Positions 42,718-50,662 of a DNA stretch of 64,000 nt are shown piece by piece. Origin of the DNA: a virus; the IMG/VR virus record IMGVR_UViG_3300037309_000179, positions 1-64,000 of that record; one strand, given 5' to 3'. The notes below the pieces were generated by a model. That model was given only the letters and a program-made list of their open reading frames with translations, had not been told where the DNA came from and did no database searches. A program made the translations under genes and the position numbers. How positions within the stretch are numbered: the stretch's first letter is position 1; each line of letters begins with the position of its first letter.

Positions 42718-43035
42718 TCACCGGGGCTTCTCGGGGGCCTTCGCCGCGGCCGACGGCTTCTTCGGCTTCTTCGGCGCGGGCCGGGTGTACCCCAGCCCCA
42801 ACAGGATTCGCAGGTAGTCCACGCTGGCCAGGAACTTCCGCCCGGTCCGCTTCTGGAACGCCTCGACCGCCCGGATGAACTCCACCTCGGCGGCGGTGTA
42901 CCGGCTGCCCGGGTGGTTGCTGGTGCTGCTCGCCCCGGCCGCCGTCGGCTCCGGCCGGTCCGGGCGGGGGGCCGGGCCGGGGGGCGGCGGGGGCGGCAGC
43001 GGGTGCCGCTTGAACGCCTTGTTCGGGGCGGTCAT
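42718..43035 (-). CDS. Hypothetical protein (Pro-rich N-terminus, Lys-rich C-terminus)
   Basis: 105 aa from ATG 43035. Confidence 0.45.
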   Translation of the reverse strand: MTAPNKAFKRHPLPPPPPPGPAPRPDRPEPTAAGASSTSNHPGSRYTAAEVEFIRAVEAFQKRTGRKFLASVDYLRILLGLGYTRPAPKKPKKPSAAAKAPEKPR

Positions 43036-43421
43036 CCGGCCGCCCCCAGGGCGCGGCCGGCCAGCCCCCGCAGCCGCACGGCCAGCCGCGGCGGGGCCAC
43101 CTCGGCGAGCGTGTTCAGCCGGCACCCGAGGTCGGACAGCACCGCCCGCGCCGCCTCCAGGTCCGCCTTCACCTGGGCCGCGTCCAGGACGAAGCTCTCG
43201 TAGGTGGTGATGGCGGTCGGGTTGGCGTCGATCCGGTCGGACAGCCATTCGGCGCACGCCGCCGCCTCCGCCTTGTCCGCCGGGGCCTTCCCCCACGTGG
43301 TGTACTGGAACGTGCCGGCCGCCCGGTCGCGGGCGATCAGCACGGCGTAGTCCTTCCCGTCCGCCTCGCAGATCGCCCGCACGGCGTCGCAGGTGATCGC
43401 CCGCGACTTCGGGTCGCTCAT
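43032..43421 (-). CDS. Hypothetical protein
   Basis: 129 aa from ATG 43421 (ATGA coupling at both ends). Confidence 0.5.
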   Translation of the reverse strand: MSDPKSRAITCDAVRAICEADGKDYAVLIARDRAAGTFQYTTWGKAPADKAEAAACAEWLSDRIDANPTAITTYESFVLDAAQVKADLEAARAVLSDLGCRLNTLAEVAPPRLAVRLRGLAGRALGAAG

Positions 43422-43693
43422 CGGAACACCTCCCCCGGTTCGCGGAACTGGCGGCGGAGGCGGTGCAGCCCGTCCCGGCACAACTGGTCCGCCACCGACC
43501 GCGACACCCCGAGCAGCTCGCCCACCCGGGCGGCCGGCAGCCCGTAGAGCACGTGGTAGACGACCGCCTGCGTCTCCCGGGCGGTCAGCCGGTTGAGCGC
43601 CGCCCGCCACGCCCCGAGCGTGGCGGTGGCGTCGGCGGCGTACAGGGCCATCGCCAGCAGCAGGTGCGGGTGCGGCGCCTCGTCAGCCGGCAT
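43418..43693 (-). CDS. Sigma-70 region-4 / LuxR-type HTH small regulator
   Basis: LTARETQAVVYHVLYGLPAARVGELLGVSRSVADQLCRDGLHRLRRQ is region-4-like. No region 2 in this 91-aa ORF. Confidence 0.6.
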   Translation of the reverse strand: MPADEAPHPHLLLAMALYAADATATLGAWRAALNRLTARETQAVVYHVLYGLPAARVGELLGVSRSVADQLCRDGLHRLRRQFREPGEVFR

Positions 43694-44450
43694 CGGGCGA
43701 CTCCCGCAGGTCGCGGGCGGCCCGCTCGGCCGCGTCCGCCAGGTTGCGGAACCGCTCGGCGTACCCGGCCAGCACGTCCGCCCCGAACCCGTTGCTCAGC
43801 ACCAGCTGCACCGCCCCGCCGATCCGTTTGTTCTGGGGTTCGGAGTACCGGTCCAGCCGCACCCCGCTGGCCTGCTCGAACGCGGCCACCTGCTTGGCCA
43901 GTCGCGCCAGTTCGTCGGCGGCGTGCTTGCCGCCGTACTCCTTGCCCTCCCGGAACCCCTGGTCCCGGCCGCGGGCGTGGGCCGCCTCCTCCTTCTTCCG
44001 CACCGCCTCGTCCGGGTGAACCTTCGCCGCCGCCCGCAGGACGCTGGCGACGAACTCCCACCCCGGCGGCTCGGCGTTCCGCCGCGGGGCCTTCGTCACG
44101 ACCCGCGTGCCGCCGTCGGACAGGGCGATCAGCCCCCACTGGTTCGGCAGTTCGCCGGGCTTCACGATCGCCGCGTCGGACACCACCAGCCACCAGTGCG
44201 CGCAGAACCGGCCGATCTCCTCGGACTTGCTGGAGTCGGCCAACTCCTTCTGCCAGTCGGAGCGGCTGTCCTTGAACTCGAACCCGTGGGCGTCGATGCC
44301 GCGGCTCGGCCACAGGGAGACGGCCAGGGCGTCGGCGGTGCGGGCGGCCGCCCCGAACCCGGTCTGGTTCCGCACCTGCGGGAGGAGGGCGTACTCCCGC
44401 TCGGGGAAGCGGGTGCGGAGGGCGGCCAGGAAGTCGGCTTCGGTGGCCAT
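43683..44450 (-). CDS. PD-(D/E)XK-like (MmcB-like) nuclease-fold protein
   Basis: ATG 44450. YALLPQVRNQTG...ADALAVSLWPSRGIDAHGFEFKDSRSDWQKEL resembles the MmcB-type pattern. Confidence 0.5.
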   Translation of the reverse strand: MATEADFLAALRTRFPEREYALLPQVRNQTGFGAAARTADALAVSLWPSRGIDAHGFEFKDSRSDWQKELADSSKSEEIGRFCAHWWLVVSDAAIVKPGELPNQWGLIALSDGGTRVVTKAPRRNAEPPGWEFVASVLRAAAKVHPDEAVRKKEEAAHARGRDQGFREGKEYGGKHAADELARLAKQVAAFEQASGVRLDRYSEPQNKRIGGAVQLVLSNGFGADVLAGYAERFRNLADAAERAARDLRESPDAG

Positions 44451-44908
44451 CAGTCGGTCTCCCCGTCGCCGTCCAGGGACAGGCGGTACTCCCGCCCGGC
44501 CTCGAATTCGTCGGGGCGGGTCGGCACCCGCACCCCGCCGGCGTCCCGGTCCTCGTCGTCCGGGTGCCGCCCGCACAGTTGGTCGCCGTCGTCCAGCCCG
44601 CCCGCGGGTAGCGCCTCCCGGAGCACCGGCGGCAGGTCGTACCGGGACACCGGCGACCAGCCTTGGGCCTGGGCCATCGCCACGCACACCGCCGGGGCGA
44701 CGGGGGTGATGCCGAAGATGCTCTCGGCCGGGTGCAGCGGGGAGTGGGCGAACGGCCCGTTCGGGTCGCCCGCGGCCGGGTGGTCGGCCGACGGGATGTC
44801 GATCCGCAGGAACGGCTTGCCCGCCACCGCCTGCTCGCGGACGTACCCGAACAGCTTCCGGTGGCCCATGATCTCCGCGACGGCCCACCCGATGTCCGGC
44901 TGGCTCAT
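44450..44908 (-). CDS. Hypothetical protein
   Basis: 152 aa from ATG 44908. Confidence 0.5.
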   Translation of the reverse strand: MSQPDIGWAVAEIMGHRKLFGYVREQAVAGKPFLRIDIPSADHPAAGDPNGPFAHSPLHPAESIFGITPVAPAVCVAMAQAQGWSPVSRYDLPPVLREALPAGGLDDGDQLCGRHPDDEDRDAGGVRVPTRPDEFEAGREYRLSLDGDGETD

Positions 44909-45390
44909 GTCTCGCTCCAAGTGGGGACTTCGACCGCCGCCACGCTCACCGCCACGAACGCCGGGCGGCCGGGCGGCGGGCGGAACAGCCTCACCTCGAC
45001 CAGGGCGACGTGCCCGAGGTCGTCGGCCGCCAGCACGCCGGCCGCCACCGCCGCGTCCAGGACCGGCTTCACCAGGTTGTCGATGTCCCGCCGCCGGCTC
45101 AGCCCCGGCCCGCCGACCACCGCCAGGTTCACCCCGCACGGGTAGGCGGGCGGCGGGCGGAGGCGGGCGAGGAGGGGGGCGGCCAGGGCCAGCCACGCCT
45201 TGTACTCGGACGACTTCACCCGCCCGACGCCCGGCACGTTGCGGAACAGGTTGTTCACCGACGGCGGGGGCGGGAGTTCGACGCGGGCGGCGGTCCCGGC
45301 CGGGCGGGGCGGCACGGCGTCCGCCGGGATCAGCCCAATCGCCGCCCACGCCTTCAGCAGCGCGTTGGTGGTGGTCTTCCGCCGCGGCAT
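44905..45390 (-). CDS. rusA: RusA-family Holliday junction resolvase
   Basis: PPPSVNNLF...SSEYKAW...RRRDIDNLVKPVLDAAVAAGVLADDD matches RusA motifs. Confidence 0.8.
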   Translation of the reverse strand: MPRRKTTTNALLKAWAAIGLIPADAVPPRPAGTAARVELPPPPSVNNLFRNVPGVGRVKSSEYKAWLALAAPLLARLRPPPAYPCGVNLAVVGGPGLSRRRDIDNLVKPVLDAAVAAGVLAADDLGHVALVEVRLFRPPPGRPAFVAVSVAAVEVPTWSET

Positions 45391-45408
45391 ACCGGCATCT
45401 TCCCATGC

Positions 45409-45427
45409 GGTTGGAAAAAAACAACCC
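45409..45427. promoter_or_regulatory. Palindrome GGTTGGAAAAAAACAACC(C) (family variant) upstream of rusA
   Basis: Read directly. Begins 19 nt upstream of ATG 45390, in an AT-rich island. Confidence 0.45.
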
Positions 45428-45490
45428 TAGCGGCTGGCCGCCGGCCGGCCCGCGTCCGCCGGGCGGCGGCGCGACCGGCCGACCCGCCGG

Positions 45491-46174
45491 TCAGTCACCG
45501 ACGAGCGAGGTGTCGGTGTCCCGCACCGCGTCGGCGTCCACCTCCACCCGCGTGCCGGCGGCGTGGAGCTGGAACACGAACCGCTCGAAGGCGTACAGCG
45601 GGCCGACGAACAGCTCCCGCTCGATCCGCCGCCCGCCGAACTGCAAGCTGAACATCTTCCCGCCGTACACCCCGATCCGCACGTCGCACTGGTACTCCTT
45701 CTTGCCCCGCTCGGCGTCCAGTTCCAGGTAGTGGAACCCGCCGTCGGCGGTGGTCAGCCGGCAGGTGAACGAGTCGTCCCCGCCCCCGCCGGCGTCCCGC
45801 TCGGCCACCCGCTGCTTGCGGTACTCGGCGGCGATCTCGCTCAGCTTGATCTCGGCCGGGACCGGGCGGATGATCGCCTTCAGCCGGGCCTCCACCTGGG
45901 CGGCCACCGCCTTGTCCATCCCGTCCTTCACCACCGCCAGCACCACCTTCGTCACGTGGTCGTGGTAGGCGGGCAGGTCGAACCCGTCGGGCACCTTCAG
46001 CTTCTCGCACACGGCCGCCTTCAGCTTCTTGCTGAACTCGGACCCGTACCCGGTGGCGTCCCGGACGGCCGACTCGACCGCCTTGCCCACCGCCTCCTCG
46101 ATCACCCGCTTGCCCTTCTCGCCGGTCAGGTAGTCGGCCGCCAGCTTGGCGACCTGCGGAATCAGCTCCGTCAT
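45491..46174 (-). CDS. Hypothetical protein
   Basis: 227 aa from ATG 46174, with GGAGG upstream. Confidence 0.5.
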   Translation of the reverse strand: MTELIPQVAKLAADYLTGEKGKRVIEEAVGKAVESAVRDATGYGSEFSKKLKAAVCEKLKVPDGFDLPAYHDHVTKVVLAVVKDGMDKAVAAQVEARLKAIIRPVPAEIKLSEIAAEYRKQRVAERDAGGGGDDSFTCRLTTADGGFHYLELDAERGKKEYQCDVRIGVYGGKMFSLQFGGRRIERELFVGPLYAFERFVFQLHAAGTRVEVDADAVRDTDTSLVGD

Positions 46175-46353
46175 GCCCCCTCCGTGGGTTTGAGTGTGTC
46201 CTTCTCGAACATCTTCTTCAGCCGCTTCATCACGATCTCGAACTGCTCCCGCCGCTCCGCCTGCCGCTGTTCGTGCTGCTTCTGGATCACCCGCGCCACG
46301 TCCGGGTGGACGAACAGGGTGTCGCCGACCTGGACGCAGCCGGGGCCTTCCAC
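46171..46353 (-). CDS. Hypothetical small protein
   Basis: 60 aa, Lys/Glu-rich helix. ATGA coupling to the next gene. Confidence 0.4.
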   Translation of the reverse strand: MEGPGCVQVGDTLFVHPDVARVIQKQHEQRQAERREQFEIVMKRLKKMFEKDTLKPTEGA

Positions 46354-46362
46354 CTCGCGGCC

Positions 46363-46533
46363 TTAGCCGAAGAACCGGCACCACCGCTCCGTCTCCGGGC
46401 TGGGGATGTACTCCCAGAACCGCTCCGTCGGGTACTCCCAGTACCGGACGACGGCGTGGTCGGAGACGACCACCCGCAGCCCGTGCAGCGGCCGCAGCCG
46501 GGCGAACGTGTTCGGGTCCGTCGGGTCGTTCAT
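46363..46533 (-). CDS. Hypothetical small protein
   Basis: 56 aa from ATG 46533 (MNDPTDPNTF...). Confidence 0.4.
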   Translation of the reverse strand: MNDPTDPNTFARLRPLHGLRVVVSDHAVVRYWEYPTERFWEYIPSPETERWCRFFG

Positions 46534-46739
46534 TTCGACCGGTCCTCCGCCGGGGCGAGCGACCTCTCCCACCGCCGCAGGGCGGACTTCAGTGCCCCGG
46601 CGAGGAACGGGGCGACGTGCTCGGGCTTGCTGCCCTCGGGCAGCGCCAAGCCCCGCACGACCTCGCCCGCCAGGTCCGCGGCCAGGAACGGCACCAGCCC
46701 GTCCCAGTCGGCCGCGTCGATCACGACGACCCGCTTCAT
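46530..46739 (-). CDS. Hypothetical small protein
   Basis: 69 aa from ATG 46739 (ATGA coupling). Confidence 0.4.
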   Translation of the reverse strand: MKRVVVIDAADWDGLVPFLAADLAGEVVRGLALPEGSKPEHVAPFLAGALKSALRRWERSLAPAEDRSK

Positions 46740-47329
46740 GCTCCCGCCCCTCCCGTTTCCCGCCGGTAACGGGCGAGGGCGTTGGAGATGTTGCTCAGCA
46801 CGGCCCGCGAGGCGGTGACGCCGGCGTCCGTCGGGGCGTAGGGGCAGTGGGGGGCGTTCGGGATCTCGTTCCGCTGCCGCTCGGCCAGCTGCACCCACTC
46901 GCGGATGTCCCGGTGGGCGTCCCGGAGGGCGGCGGCCATCTGCTCCGCGAGGGTGCTGGCGTGGAGCATCGCCTTCGGCCCGGCCTCGGGCAGTCCCCCC
47001 GCTCCGGGGTGCGGCACCGGGTCGGCCGGCCGGTCGTCCACCGTCCCGAGGCCGGCGGAAAACGCCAGGAACTCCTCCACCTTCGCTTTTTTGGTCTCGA
47101 CCCGTACCCGGAACTCCCCCGTCCCACACAGGTCGAACGGGTGCGAGGCTTGGAGCATGTCCCAGGCGGCGACCAGGTCGATGAACTCGTGCTCGATCCG
47201 CTTGGCGTTGCGGAGCGGCTGACCGGGCTGCACCTCGGCCAGCCCGAACCGCAGGGCCTTGCTCGCCCGGTGCGCCACCTCGGCGCACTCCTCCATCAGG
47301 ATCACCAGCAGGTGTTCGGTCCGCGTCAC
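46736..47329 (-). CDS. MazG-like all-alpha NTP pyrophosphohydrolase
   Basis: HLLVILMEECAEVAHRASKALRFGL and EFIDLVAAWDML match the MazG-type EExxE/helix pattern. Confidence 0.65.
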   Translation of the reverse strand: MTRTEHLLVILMEECAEVAHRASKALRFGLAEVQPGQPLRNAKRIEHEFIDLVAAWDMLQASHPFDLCGTGEFRVRVETKKAKVEEFLAFSAGLGTVDDRPADPVPHPGAGGLPEAGPKAMLHASTLAEQMAAALRDAHRDIREWVQLAERQRNEIPNAPHCPYAPTDAGVTASRAVLSNISNALARYRRETGGAGA

Positions 47330-47607
47330 GTTCGGCCCTCGTGGTCCGGGGCGGCCGGGGCCGCCACCGCGTTGTTGGTCAGCTTGGCGAGCGGGTCACG
47401 GGCCGCGCACGCCGGGCACTTCTCGGCCAGCCTGCCGTCCGCCCCGAGGGCGAACCGCCACCCGCGGCGGCGGAGCCGGCCCCGCAGCTTCTCGACGGCG
47501 ACCCACGGGAAGCTGCCGCCGGTCTCGGCCGCCGTCACCGCCGCCCCGTCCGGGGCGTCCGGGTAGCGGCGTAAGCAGGAGTCGCACTCGGCGGCCAGGA
47601 AAACCAT
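47326..47607 (-). CDS. Hypothetical Cys-containing protein
   Basis: 93 aa. CDSC...CPAC. Confidence 0.45.
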   Translation of the reverse strand: MVFLAAECDSCLRRYPDAPDGAAVTAAETGGSFPWVAVEKLRGRLRRRGWRFALGADGRLAEKCPACAARDPLAKLTNNAVAAPAAPDHEGRT

Positions 47608-47685
47608 TTCGCCCCTCCCCGTCCCGAGTGCGGAGACTCGCCCAGCATCCCCGCGGCGTGCCAGGACAGGCCACGCCTGCCGGGT

Positions 47686-48867
47686 TCAAGCCGCCTTCCG
47701 GCGGCGTTGCACCCAGCCGCGAATGTCGCGGCTTTCCTGCTCCCAAAACTCCGGCGTCAGCCGACGGTTGAGGAACGCCACGAACAGTTGTTCCAAGCAC
47801 TCCCACATGTCCTCGACCGCCTCCAGCCGGGCGACGTGGCGGTCCCGCGGGGGCATCTCCGGGTCCGGCCTGGGCAGCTTCAGCCCGCTCACCTCCATCC
47901 GCTCCGGCTGCAACTTGAACTGGAACTGCTGGCCGTGCCGGACGAGCGTCAGGCACGCCTTCCGCGGCAGCTTCCCGCTCCGCAGCGCGGCGCGGGCCTC
48001 CGGCGTGCGGACCCCGCTGGCGTGGTTGGCGGTGGTGTCCCCCGTCTGCCCGAGCGGGCACTGGAACTTCACCCCGCCGGAGAACAGGAACGTCACCTCC
48101 GACCCGTCCGGCAGCGGCACCGTGTCGGTGTCCTCGGACGTCCACCACAGCCAGACCAGGAACTCGCACCCCAGCCAGTCCGGGCACTCGTCGTCGGCGT
48201 GCCACTCCGGGGCCGGGACGTACTCGGCCGCCGGCACGTCCAGGAAGGGGGTCAGCCGCTCCCCCTTCGCCGACCGGTTCACCCCCCGCGCCAGCACGCC
48301 GGCCGTGACCGGGGTGAGTTCGCCGGCCAGCCCGGACTGGGCGAGGGTCTTGCCGAAGGTGGCCTCGAACAGGGCGGCGAACCGCCCGGCGGCGGGGGCG
48401 GACGTGCTCCCCAGGTACACGTCGTTCCGCCGCAGCCCCCACAGCACCGGGACCGTCGTCCACTTCTTCCACCGCCCGTCGCGGGCCTCGGCGGTGATCC
48501 GCTCGCGGGCCGACTCGGTCGCCTGCCGCCGCTGCTTGGCGGTCGGGGCCGGGTTCCCGCCCTCCTTCACCAGCGCCGCCAGGTCCGCCCCGCGGTACAC
48601 CTTCAGCCGGTCGGCCGGCGGCTTGTCCTCCTCCCGCCAGAGTTCCCACAGCAGGTGGTCGGGGAACACGTTCTTGGCGAGGTCGAACGCGGCGTCCGCC
48701 GGGTGCTCCCCCGCCGCCCACCCGGTGCGGCTGCCGTCGGCCAGCGGCTGCGGCGGGCGGGCGTACTCCCGCAGCCGGGCCAGGTGGTCGTCGTCGAACC
48801 GGGGCGGCTTCTTGCCGGCGGCGGTGAACCGCCGGAACTTCACGCTCCCCTTCTCCCACACGCCCAT
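47686..48867 (-). CDS. RdgC-like recombination-associated protein (tentative)
   Basis: ATG 48867 after GGAGGAGAGG. The overall pattern (N-terminal KFRRF, GW at about aa 50, C-terminal GKLPRKACLTLVRHGQQFQFKL...SGLKLP) resembles RdgC. Confidence 0.45.
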   Translation of the reverse strand: MGVWEKGSVKFRRFTAAGKKPPRFDDDHLARLREYARPPQPLADGSRTGWAAGEHPADAAFDLAKNVFPDHLLWELWREEDKPPADRLKVYRGADLAALVKEGGNPAPTAKQRRQATESARERITAEARDGRWKKWTTVPVLWGLRRNDVYLGSTSAPAAGRFAALFEATFGKTLAQSGLAGELTPVTAGVLARGVNRSAKGERLTPFLDVPAAEYVPAPEWHADDECPDWLGCEFLVWLWWTSEDTDTVPLPDGSEVTFLFSGGVKFQCPLGQTGDTTANHASGVRTPEARAALRSGKLPRKACLTLVRHGQQFQFKLQPERMEVSGLKLPRPDPEMPPRDRHVARLEAVEDMWECLEQLFVAFLNRRLTPEFWEQESRDIRGWVQRRRKAA

Positions 48868-48881
48868 GTCCTCTCCTCCGG

Positions 48882-49031
48882 TTAGAGTCCGATCATCTCG
48901 TCCAGCTCGTCGCGGAGCGGACGGTCGTGGCTCGCGAGCCGCCGCACCAGCCGCAGGCACAGCACCAGCACCGCCCCGCCGCCGACGCTCAGCCCGAGCA
49001 GGAACGCCAGCGCCAAGAGAACCCAGTCCAT
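48882..49031 (-). CDS. Micro-ORF, 49-aa membrane peptide (below the ORF-track cutoff)
   Basis: ATG 49031 after GGAGG. MDWVLLALAFLLGLSVGGGAVLVLCLRLVRRLASHDRPLRDELDEMIGL. TAA stop at 48882. Confidence 0.4.
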   Translation of the reverse strand: MDWVLLALAFLLGLSVGGGAVLVLCLRLVRRLASHDRPLRDELDEMIGL

Positions 49032-49032
49032 G

Positions 49033-49665
49033 TCAGCCTCCGTGGGGTGGCGACCCGATGCCGTCGGTCAAGTCCGACACCCTTCGAACCCGGACGGGCC
49101 GCCGGGGCCGTTGGGCGTCGAACGCCTCCTGCACCGCCCGCCAGTTCGGGTACCGCCGCTCGTAGTCGGCCAGCGACAGCCGCGGCGCCTTCAGCTTGCC
49201 GTCGGCCGCCAGCCGCTCGTCCTGCGCCCGCACCGCCGACCCCCGCGGGCACCGGCACACCACCGCCAGCGTGTACCGCGGCTGGGTCGGGCGGTTCGGC
49301 ATCGGCAGCATCCCGGCCAGCCCGCCGGTCGTCTGATCCCGGCCGGGGTGCGGCACCACCACGAACCCGGTGTTCCCGCACTCGTCGCACCCGGACGGGT
49401 GGTCCACCGCGTCGCGGGTGGCCGCCGCCGTCCGCCGCCGCCGCACCTGTTCGACCGCCCGGATGATCTCGGCCCGCTGCCTGTCCGGGTACGGGGACGA
49501 GTTGGCGTCCGCGTGCAGCCGTTTGGACGCCTCGACCAGTTCGTCCTCGCGGTACACGGCCGCCCACTGCTCGCCCCACGAGTGCAGCGTGTCGATCGCC
49601 TCCTGGTTCATCCCGAACAGCTTGGCGTGCCACAGCACCCAGCGGTCCCACCAGTCACCCGCCAT
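49033..49665 (-). CDS. Hypothetical protein (replication-module neighbour)
   Basis: 210 aa. Shares the MAGDW start with the upstream gene. CDECGNTG motif. Confidence 0.5.
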   Translation of the reverse strand: MAGDWWDRWVLWHAKLFGMNQEAIDTLHSWGEQWAAVYREDELVEASKRLHADANSSPYPDRQRAEIIRAVEQVRRRRTAAATRDAVDHPSGCDECGNTGFVVVPHPGRDQTTGGLAGMLPMPNRPTQPRYTLAVVCRCPRGSAVRAQDERLAADGKLKAPRLSLADYERRYPNWRAVQEAFDAQRPRRPVRVRRVSDLTDGIGSPPHGG

Positions 49666-50638
49666 ACGGCTTGCCCTCCCTGGCCTCCCGCTCCTTGATC
49701 GCCCGCAGCCGGCGGGCGTACTTGTCCTCGCCCGGCGGCGGGGCGGTCGCCGCGGCCGGGTCGTCCCACTGTCCTTCCATGACGCGGACGACGAAGTCCG
49801 GGTCGCGGAGGAACGTGTCGATGTGGATGCCTTTGCCGAACTTCGCGTCTAGCCCCTTCGCCTTCGCAGACCGCCCAAGCCGCATCACCGCCTCACGCCA
49901 CACGCTCGCCCAATACCCGTCGGCCAGCCTCATTTGCCACCACCCCACCCGCTGCGGGGTGCGGCGGATGCCGCCGGGGGCGTCGTGGCCGGGCAGCCGG
50001 CATTCGCTCCAGGATTGCGCCAGAGCGTCGAACGGCTCCGACCCGTCCGAGTGGCCGTCCGCACCCGAGTTCGTGGCGCCGCGGGCCGCCGCGTCAGACG
50101 GCATGCGGGTCGTGGCCGAACTGGTCGCGGTGTCGGATCGCGGGTCGTCAGGTCGTTCGGGGGGTGGGGGGGTGTCTTTCTCTTCCTCCTCTTCTCTTCT
50201 CTTCTCTTCTCTAGGTGACGCGCTCGTAACGCCGGGAGCGTTACGGTCGGCGTGACGGTTCGCGTTACGGTCTGCGTTACTTCCGGCCCGATGGCGGGCC
50301 GCCCGCTTCGCCCCAAGTGCTCGCCGCTTCGCGCCTTGCGAGTTGTACCGCTCGAAGTCCGGAAACCCGATGCCGCCGGTCGGACACCCGTCGAGTTCTT
50401 TGAGCCACCCCACCGCGATCATCGCTTCGGCGAACCCCGTCGCGCCGACGTAACGGTCCAGCCACGCGCGCGTAACGCTCGGTGCGTTACCGCTATCCAG
50501 GTGTTTGTTGGCCCAACTCCAGAGCTTCAGCAGCCGGCCGACGACCCCGTATTCGTCAATTCCGGTGGAGTCGGAGATGGCGACAACATCCGGGTCGTCG
50601 ATCAGGTCGCACCGCATCTGAATCCAGTCGCCCGCCAT
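49655..50638 (-). CDS. Putative replication initiator / replisome-organiser N-terminal domain protein
   Basis: MAGDWIQMRCDLIDDPDVVAISDSTGIDEYGVVGRLLKLWSWANKH resembles phage replisome-organiser N-termini. The central low-complexity region holds the iteron-like repeats. Confidence 0.55.
   Translation of the reverse strand: MAGDWIQMRCDLIDDPDVVAISDSTGIDEYGVVGRLLKLWSWANKHLDSGNAPSVTRAWLDRYVGATGFAEAMIAVGWLKELDGCPTGGIGFPDFERYNSQGAKRRALGAKRAARHRAGSNADRNANRHADRNAPGVTSASPREEKRREEEEEKDTPPPPERPDDPRSDTATSSATTRMPSDAAARGATNSGADGHSDGSEPFDALAQSWSECRLPGHDAPGGIRRTPQRVGWWQMRLADGYWASVWREAVMRLGRSAKAKGLDAKFGKGIHIDTFLRDPDFVVRVMEGQWDDPAAATAPPPGEDKYARRLRAIKEREAREGKPYGG
50238..50285. repeat. Four direct 12-nt repeats GCGT[T/G]ACGGT(C/T)N (iteron-like) inside the replication gene
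   Basis: GCGTTACGGTCG 50238, GCGTGACGGTTC 50250, GCGTTACGGTCT 50262, GCGTTACTTCCG 50274. An inverted CGTAACGC lies at 50225. More GTAACG/CGTTAC copies lie at about 50449-50490. Confidence 0.8.
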
Positions 50639-50662
50639 GTCGGTGTCCCCGCGGCCCTCGGG

